From positions 3,301-67,300 of the forward strand of contig CAZCFB010000012.1 in the NCBI GenBank assembly GCA_964497805.1: a stretch of DNA of 64,000 bases, in the 5' to 3' direction. This document shows, piece after piece, positions 59,333 to 64,000 of the stretch. This DNA is from an uncultured Kofleriaceae bacterium (GTDB lineage Bacteria > Myxococcota_A > Polyangia > GCA-2747355 > CAZCFB01). The translations under genes and the position numbers were made by a program. The first letter of the stretch is position 1. Every line of letters begins with the position of its first letter. A model generated the notes under the pieces. The model saw only the letters and a program-made list of their open reading frames with translations. It had not been told where the DNA came from and did no database searches.

Positions 59333-60444
59333 GCCCTGGCCTCCATGAGCAGGCGGTCCACGGCGTCCGTATCAACTGGCCCGCGCGGGACCTGGGCCTT
59401 GAGCTGGTTGCGGACCATCTCCAGGGTGCTCATGGGGTCAAGCACCATGAAGCCCACCTCGGCCCAGCAGGGCCGGAAGCACCCCTCGCAGCTGCTGGCC
59501 ATGTCCCGCACCTCGTCCAGGTAGCCGCGCGTCCCGAACACCGCGGGCAGGTCGCTGTAGTGGATGCCCCGCTCGCTGTCCTCGTAGGCGTGGCACGGGG
59601 AGACATGGCCGTCCGGGCCGATGGAGAGGAATAGCTCGCCCGCGCGGCAGGGCCACTGGGCCGAGCCGGTGGAGAGGTAGCGCACCGAGCCCTCAAGGAA
59701 GGCCGAGGAGTTGATGATGCGGGCCCCCTTGCGCTTGCGGCTGCGGATCTCGCGGTACACGGCGCGCAGAGGCTCTCGGTGTTCGTCGGCGAAGCGCAGG
59801 GTGCCGTCACGGGAGTAGAAGCGGTGCTCGCCTCCGCCCTGCTCGCCCAGGTGCACCGGGATGATGGAGGCGAAGAAGCCGATGGCCTCGGCCAGGTCCA
59901 GGACCCTGAGCACCTCGTGGTAGTTCTTGGGGGAGACCACCACGTTGAGCAGGGGCATGGATCCAGTGGGGGGGAGGGCCTGGGCCAGTGCCACCAGGTT
60001 CTCCATGCGCTTGTTGAAGGTGCCCTTGGCCGAGTCCAGGTCTTCCTGCACCTCGGGGACCAGGGAGTCCACCGAGAAGGAGAAGTCACGCACGCCGGCG
60101 TCGATGAGCGCGCCGGCGGCCCTGGGCGTCATGGCCACGCCGTTGGTAAGCACGCGAACCTGGATGCCATGATTCATGAAGGCCCGGGCGACCTGCGGCA
60201 GGTCCTTGCGCAGGACCGGCTCGCCCCCGCCCAGGCTCACCTGCACGGCGCCCAGGTCGGCCATAACCCCGGCCATCTCCCGCACCTGAGCCGTGGTCAG
60301 CTCCGACGCGGAGGTGTCCCTCTGCCAGATGACGCAGGAGCGGCACTTGAGGTTGCAGCGGCTCGAAACCCCATAGTGCACGTAGATGGGGCGATCTCTC
60401 AGTACGAGCCCCCTGGCTAGCCGTAGATATGGTGAAAATTTCAT
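59329..60444 (-). CDS. radical SAM enzyme with SPASM-type C-terminal auxiliary-cluster domain
   Basis: SSRCNLKCRSC at residues 28-38. C-terminal CRAG...GPDGHVSPCH...SSCEGCFRPC, a 7-Cys SPASM pattern. Confidence 0.8.
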   Translation of the reverse strand: MKFSPYLRLARGLVLRDRPIYVHYGVSSRCNLKCRSCVIWQRDTSASELTTAQVREMAGVMADLGAVQVSLGGGEPVLRKDLPQVARAFMNHGIQVRVLTNGVAMTPRAAGALIDAGVRDFSFSVDSLVPEVQEDLDSAKGTFNKRMENLVALAQALPPTGSMPLLNVVVSPKNYHEVLRVLDLAEAIGFFASIIPVHLGEQGGGEHRFYSRDGTLRFADEHREPLRAVYREIRSRKRKGARIINSSAFLEGSVRYLSTGSAQWPCRAGELFLSIGPDGHVSPCHAYEDSERGIHYSDLPAVFGTRGYLDEVRDMASSCEGCFRPCWAEVGFMVLDPMSTLEMVRNQLKAQVPRGPVDTDAVDRLLMEARA

Positions 60445-60479
60445 GGATTCAACCGCATGGCGGGGTCTGCCGCGAGAAC

Positions 60480-60491
60480 TATACTATAGTA
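60480..60491. promoter_or_regulatory. AT-rich palindrome in the divergent promoter region of the radical-enzyme island
   Basis: TATACTATAGTA contains the perfect 10-bp palindrome TACTATAGTA. It reads TATACT on plus and TACTAT on minus, giving -10-like hexamers for both divergent operons. Confidence 0.35.
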
Positions 60492-60565
60492 CCCGCCCGC
60501 GCTGGCAGGGCAACTCAGCTCACGGTAGGCCCACCGCCAGTAAGGCTTAGCCCCGAGGAGACTCC

Positions 60566-61945
60566 ATGTCCACCTCCACAAACGAGGAATCCCTTACGAC
60601 CCCCACTCCACCCACGTCGGTCCTGCGCGAAACCCGGGGAACGTGCCCCGAGTGCATCAAGCCAGTGCCGGCGCGGGTAATCGAGGAGGCAGGGAGCGTC
60701 TACCTGGAGAAGCGCTGCCCTGAGCACGGCGACAACCGCGTGCTGCTGTCCGAGAGCCCGGCCTATTTCAAGGAGCTGATGGGCTACTACTTCGACGTGA
60801 TGCCGGAGAGCCTGCCGCAGAAAGACTACATCCTGCGCCTGACCCACCGCTGCAACATGGCGTGCCCCATCTGCCTGGCCAGCTCGGACCAGTTCAAGGA
60901 GTCCGAGATGCAGCTGCAGCAGGTGCGGGAGCTCATGGATCTGCGCCCGCGCGGCATGAAGCTGGACCTCATGGGCGCGGAGCCGACCCTCTGGCCCGAG
61001 CTGGAGCAGCTGATCCGCGAGGCCAGCGGGCGGGGGCACATCACGGCCCTGCACACCAACGGCATCAACATCGCCCGGGACGAGGACCTGGAGCGCCTCC
61101 TGGACGCCGGCCTGGACGAGGTGCACCTGCAGTTCGACGGGTTCGAGGACGAGCACGACATGGTGCTGCGGGGGCAGCCCATGGGCGCCATCCGGCGCAA
61201 GATCCTCAAGACGCTGGAGCGGCACGACGTGGCCACCGACCTGGTCGTGACCCTGATGCAGGGGCTCAACGAGGACCAGATGTTGCCGGTGCTCGACTTC
61301 GCGGCGGCCAACACCTTCGTCAAGGAGGTGTTCTACCTGGGCTGCCGGCGCCTGGGCCGCGGGCGTGACGACTTCGCCACCGCTACCCTGGCCCCGGACC
61401 AGGTCATCAGCGAGGCGGAGGAGCGCTCCGGGGGCATGATCAACCGCGACGACCTGCGGGGATTCAACAAGCTCTACTTCGCCATGCTCTCCATGTTCAA
61501 GCTGCGCAAGTGTTTCTACATCCACCACTACATGGTCTTGCGTGACGGGAAGGGCGGGTACAGGCCGGTGTCCGAGTACATCGACCTGCCTTACCTGGAG
61601 CCGCATCTTGATCGCTACCGCGCGGACTTCCAGAGCAACCGCAAGGCGGCCGCGGCCCGGCTGCTGCCCCACATCGGCATCGCCATGGCCCGCAAGAAGG
61701 GCACCCGCCTGGTGATTGACGGCGCCATCCTGCCGGTGCTGCTCAAGATGGGCTTCAACCTGTCCAAGATCCGCAGCCGCATCATCCTCATCGGCTTCAT
61801 CTCGGCCTGCGACCCCTGGATGCACGACGAGCAGGTGGCGGCCAACTGCGGCAAGGGCGAGTTCTCCACCGACCTGGGCGTCCACCCCGCCGGCGCCGAC
61901 GCCAACGTCGGGCGTGAGCGCCTGCACATGGAGGGCGAGCAGTAA
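60566..61945 (+). CDS. radical SAM enzyme with N-terminal Zn-ribbon (COG1964-like; possibly Tes/GDGT-MAS-related)
   Basis: CPECIKPVPARVIEEAGSVYLEKRCPEHG ribbon. THRCNMACPIC radical SAM motif. C-terminal IGFISACDPWMHDEQVAANCGKG. The radical SAM call is firm. The family placement is from memory only. Confidence 0.75.
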   Translation: MSTSTNEESLTTPTPPTSVLRETRGTCPECIKPVPARVIEEAGSVYLEKRCPEHGDNRVLLSESPAYFKELMGYYFDVMPESLPQKDYILRLTHRCNMACPICLASSDQFKESEMQLQQVRELMDLRPRGMKLDLMGAEPTLWPELEQLIREASGRGHITALHTNGINIARDEDLERLLDAGLDEVHLQFDGFEDEHDMVLRGQPMGAIRRKILKTLERHDVATDLVVTLMQGLNEDQMLPVLDFAAANTFVKEVFYLGCRRLGRGRDDFATATLAPDQVISEAEERSGGMINRDDLRGFNKLYFAMLSMFKLRKCFYIHHYMVLRDGKGGYRPVSEYIDLPYLEPHLDRYRADFQSNRKAAAARLLPHIGIAMARKKGTRLVIDGAILPVLLKMGFNLSKIRSRIILIGFISACDPWMHDEQVAANCGKGEFSTDLGVHPAGADANVGRERLHMEGEQ

Positions 61946-61974
61946 ATCTCCGCCATCCGCGCTAACATCCCCCC

Positions 61975-64000
61975 ATGACGCCTGACCCTGCCCTGGATCC
62001 TCGCGTCCACCGCATGAAGCAGCGGCTGCTATCGGCGCCGTACGAGATCTGCATGGCCCGCGCCCGGTACTTCACCGAGGCGTACCGCCGCACCGAGGGG
62101 CTGGATCCTTGCCTGCGCAACGCCCACGCCCTGCGCCACACCCTGGCGCGGCAGCGCATCCGCATCGAGCCCGACGAGGGCCTGGCGGGCAGCAAGACCG
62201 AGAGGTTCCTGGCCGGGCCGCTCTCGGTGGAGCGGGGGGACTTCCTGCGTTCGGTGCAGCTTGAGATGGAGATGCTGGGGCAGAAGCAGCGCCCATTCCT
62301 GATCTCCGAGGAGGACCGCGGGACCTTTTACGATGAGGTGCTGCCCTACTGGGACGGCCGCACGGTGCGTGACGCCAAGGCGCGCAAGTGGCTCGAGCGG
62401 GGCATCTGTGAGCGGCCGCGCTCCCCGCGGGCGCATGTGCGGGCGGCGATTGATGGCGTACGGCTCCTGCGCTACCTGGGCCACGAGCCACTGGCCAAGG
62501 CCTTCGGGCAAAGCATGAAGGGCAAGCTCTCCGTGCGGCGGCTGCGCAACCTGCACGCCATGCGGGGCGAGTTCGCCTACAACAACCCCACGCCCGCCGT
62601 CTACTGTCTCGACGTCCAGGGGCACCTCTGCCTCGGGGTGGACAAGGTGGTGGAGCAGGGCATGGAGGCTCTGGCCACGCAGGCCCGGGCGCGGCTCGGG
62701 CGCCTTGAGACGGAGGAGCCTGGAAACCGGCGGGGCGCGGCCTTCCTGGAGGCGGTGGTGATCAGCCTGGAGGCGGCCATGGCCTACGCCGAGCGGTTCG
62801 CGGAGCTTGCCGGCGAGATGGCCGCGGCGGCCACCGATCCGGACGAGCGTGAGCGGCTCCGCCACATGGCCACGGCATGCAGGAGGGTGCCGCGCCGGCG
62901 CCCGCGTACCTTTCAAGAGGCGCTCCAGGCGGCGTGGATGGCCAGCGTGGTGGGGGAGATCCAGTACGGCACCATGGATGTGTTCGCCCAGGGCAGGGCA
63001 GACCAGTTCCTCTGGCCGTTCCTGAAGCAGGACCTGGAGACAGGGACCATCACCCGGGAGCGGGCCGTGGCCCTGGTGCAGGAGTACCTGCTCAAGCTAT
63101 CGGCCAACGTGCAGCCCATCCCCGAGGTGGGTATGGAGACCAACGGCGTCCTCGGCAATAGCCAGCATGTGGTGGTCATCGGCGGGCTCACGCCGGCGGG
63201 CGAGGACGGGGAGAACGAGCTGTCCCGGGTCTTCCTGGACGCCTACGCCGGCATGGGCGGGACGGTGAACCAGCTCTGCGTGAGGCTCCACCCGGGCTCC
63301 TCGCCAGCCTTCCTGGGCCGGGCCGTCGCCGCCTTCCGACGCACCAACGGCATCGCCTTTTATAACGACGAGGCCATCGTGGCGGCCCTGGAGGCGGACG
63401 GGCTGGAGACCGGCGCGGCCCGGGACTACTGCATCATCGGCTGCGTGGAAACCAGCGGACAGTCGGACACCCACGGCTGCCCGGGGGGGCATGACCTTGT
63501 GCTGCCCGCTGCGTTGGTGCTGGCGCTCACGGGCGGACGCTTCCCGCCCCCGGCGCCGGGCCAGCAGGACGGGGTGGCCAAGGGGCCGCGGCGGCTCACC
63601 AGCTTCGACCAGGTCATGGAGGCGTTTGAGGGGCAACTGGCCCACCAGATCGCTGTCCTGGTGGCGGCCACGGCTGCCAAGGACGAGGCCCACCGGGAGA
63701 TCCTGCCCGCGCCCTACGTCTCCGCCCTGATGGATGATTGCATCGAGCGGGCCAGGGACCTCACCGACGGAGGCGCGCGCCACGACTTCACCGGGGTGGC
63801 GGTGCGGGGGCTGGCCACCACGGTGGACTCCCTGCTCGCCGTGGAGGCCCTGGTCTTCCAGCGCGGCGAGCTGAGCCTGGAGGCCCTGGTGCGGGCCATG
63901 CTGGGCAACTTTCACGGGGAGGAGGCCCTGCGCCAGCAGCTCCTGGAGCAGGCGCCAAAGTATGGCGCCGGGGATCCCCACGCGGACGCGCTGGCCCGGC
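61975..64000 (+). CDS. glycyl radical enzyme, PFL2/eliminase-type (3' end outside the window)
   Basis: My own translation from ATG 61975 is open through 63999. It is not in the ORF track because no stop lies in the window. N-terminal RMKQRLLSAPYEICMARARYFTEAY. Thiyl loop DYCIIGCVETSG (Cys codon 63442-63444). APKYGAGDPHAD resembles the GRE PKYGNDDD motif. Confidence 0.8.
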   Translation, partial: MTPDPALDPRVHRMKQRLLSAPYEICMARARYFTEAYRRTEGLDPCLRNAHALRHTLARQRIRIEPDEGLAGSKTERFLAGPLSVERGDFLRSVQLEMEMLGQKQRPFLISEEDRGTFYDEVLPYWDGRTVRDAKARKWLERGICERPRSPRAHVRAAIDGVRLLRYLGHEPLAKAFGQSMKGKLSVRRLRNLHAMRGEFAYNNPTPAVYCLDVQGHLCLGVDKVVEQGMEALATQARARLGRLETEEPGNRRGAAFLEAVVISLEAAMAYAERFAELAGEMAAAATDPDERERLRHMATACRRVPRRRPRTFQEALQAAWMASVVGEIQYGTMDVFAQGRADQFLWPFLKQDLETGTITRERAVALVQEYLLKLSANVQPIPEVGMETNGVLGNSQHVVVIGGLTPAGEDGENELSRVFLDAYAGMGGTVNQLCVRLHPGSSPAFLGRAVAAFRRTNGIAFYNDEAIVAALEADGLETGAARDYCIIGCVETSGQSDTHGCPGGHDLVLPAALVLALTGGRFPPPAPGQQDGVAKGPRRLTSFDQVMEAFEGQLAHQIAVLVAATAAKDEAHREILPAPYVSALMDDCIERARDLTDGGARHDFTGVAVRGLATTVDSLLAVEALVFQRGELSLEALVRAMLGNFHGEEALRQQLLEQAPKYGAGDPHADALAR

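Noticed and set aside
53496-59524. Long alternate-strand ORFs (448, 442, 656 and 480 aa) across the lipoprotein and radical SAM genes
   Set aside because: Each is antisense to an ORF carrying CxxxCxxC plus B12-domain features or a lipobox. Their translations are Gly/Ala/His/Arg-rich without motifs.
59329-60444. SPASM radical SAM gene as the activase of the glycyl radical enzyme
   Set aside because: GRE activases are about 250-300 aa with an N-terminal G-x-G-x-R..GC motif and ferredoxin-like CxxCxxCxxxC inserts. This protein instead has a C-terminal SPASM pattern and sits in the opposite operon.
54974-60444. Reading the four minus-strand radical SAM genes as hopanoid genes hpnP, hpnR, hpnJ and hpnH
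   Set aside because: No squalene-hopene cyclase or other hpn genes are in the window. The fourth protein has a SPASM end rather than what I recall for HpnH. I cannot exclude this without profile searches, so it is kept only as an alternative.
60515-63981. Minus-strand ORFs (470, 295 and 294 aa) opposite the Zn-ribbon radical SAM and glycyl radical enzyme genes
   Set aside because: They are shadow frames. The plus-strand frames carry the radical SAM motif and the GCVE loop.

Overview
High-GC, gene-dense chromosomal segment with Myxococcota-like hallmarks: a MYXO-CTERM-like sorting signal, an AgmX/PglI-type C-terminal domain, PEGA domains, Cys-rich secreted lipoproteins, a sigma54 activator and a eukaryotic-like Ser/Thr kinase. 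All calls come from reading the sequence and ORF track by eye. No searches were run. I call 46 protein-coding genes and see no rRNA, tRNA or CRISPR. Layout: (i) 1-9.1 kb: a PfkB kinase, a solitary CpaF-type ATPase bracketed by 57-bp inverted repeats, an NtrC-type sigma54 activator, cheD, and two PAS hybrid histidine kinases. (ii) 9.4-22.4 kb: an 11-gene type II secretion operon gspDEFGHIJKLMN behind a sigma54-type promoter, followed by two secreted-protein genes. (iii) 24-37 kb: GAF-GGDEF cyclase, urocanase, steroid-5-alpha-reductase-like protein, small lipoproteins, and a BNR-propeller plus TamB pair. (iv) 37-44.5 kb: xerD, a RayT-like HUH transposase, and visibly lower-GC surface-protein genes, including a 1257-aa ORF with an internal sorting signal. 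(v) 44.6-55 kb: CPBP protease, Ser/Thr kinase with PEGA partners, a sensor kinase, a dipeptide epimerase and a 1152-aa lipoprotein. (vi) 55-64 kb: a radical-enzyme island. Three B12-binding radical SAM genes plus a SPASM radical SAM gene sit on the minus strand. They are divergent from a Zn-ribbon radical SAM gene and a glycyl radical enzyme that runs off the window end and is absent from the ORF track. Best leads: the radical-enzyme island; cheD translationally coupled to a kinase whose coiled coil is nine tandem copies of the chemoreceptor deamidation/methylation motif; the inverted repeats enclosing cpaF; and the internal MYXO-CTERM-like signal followed by a second signal peptide inside one ORF.
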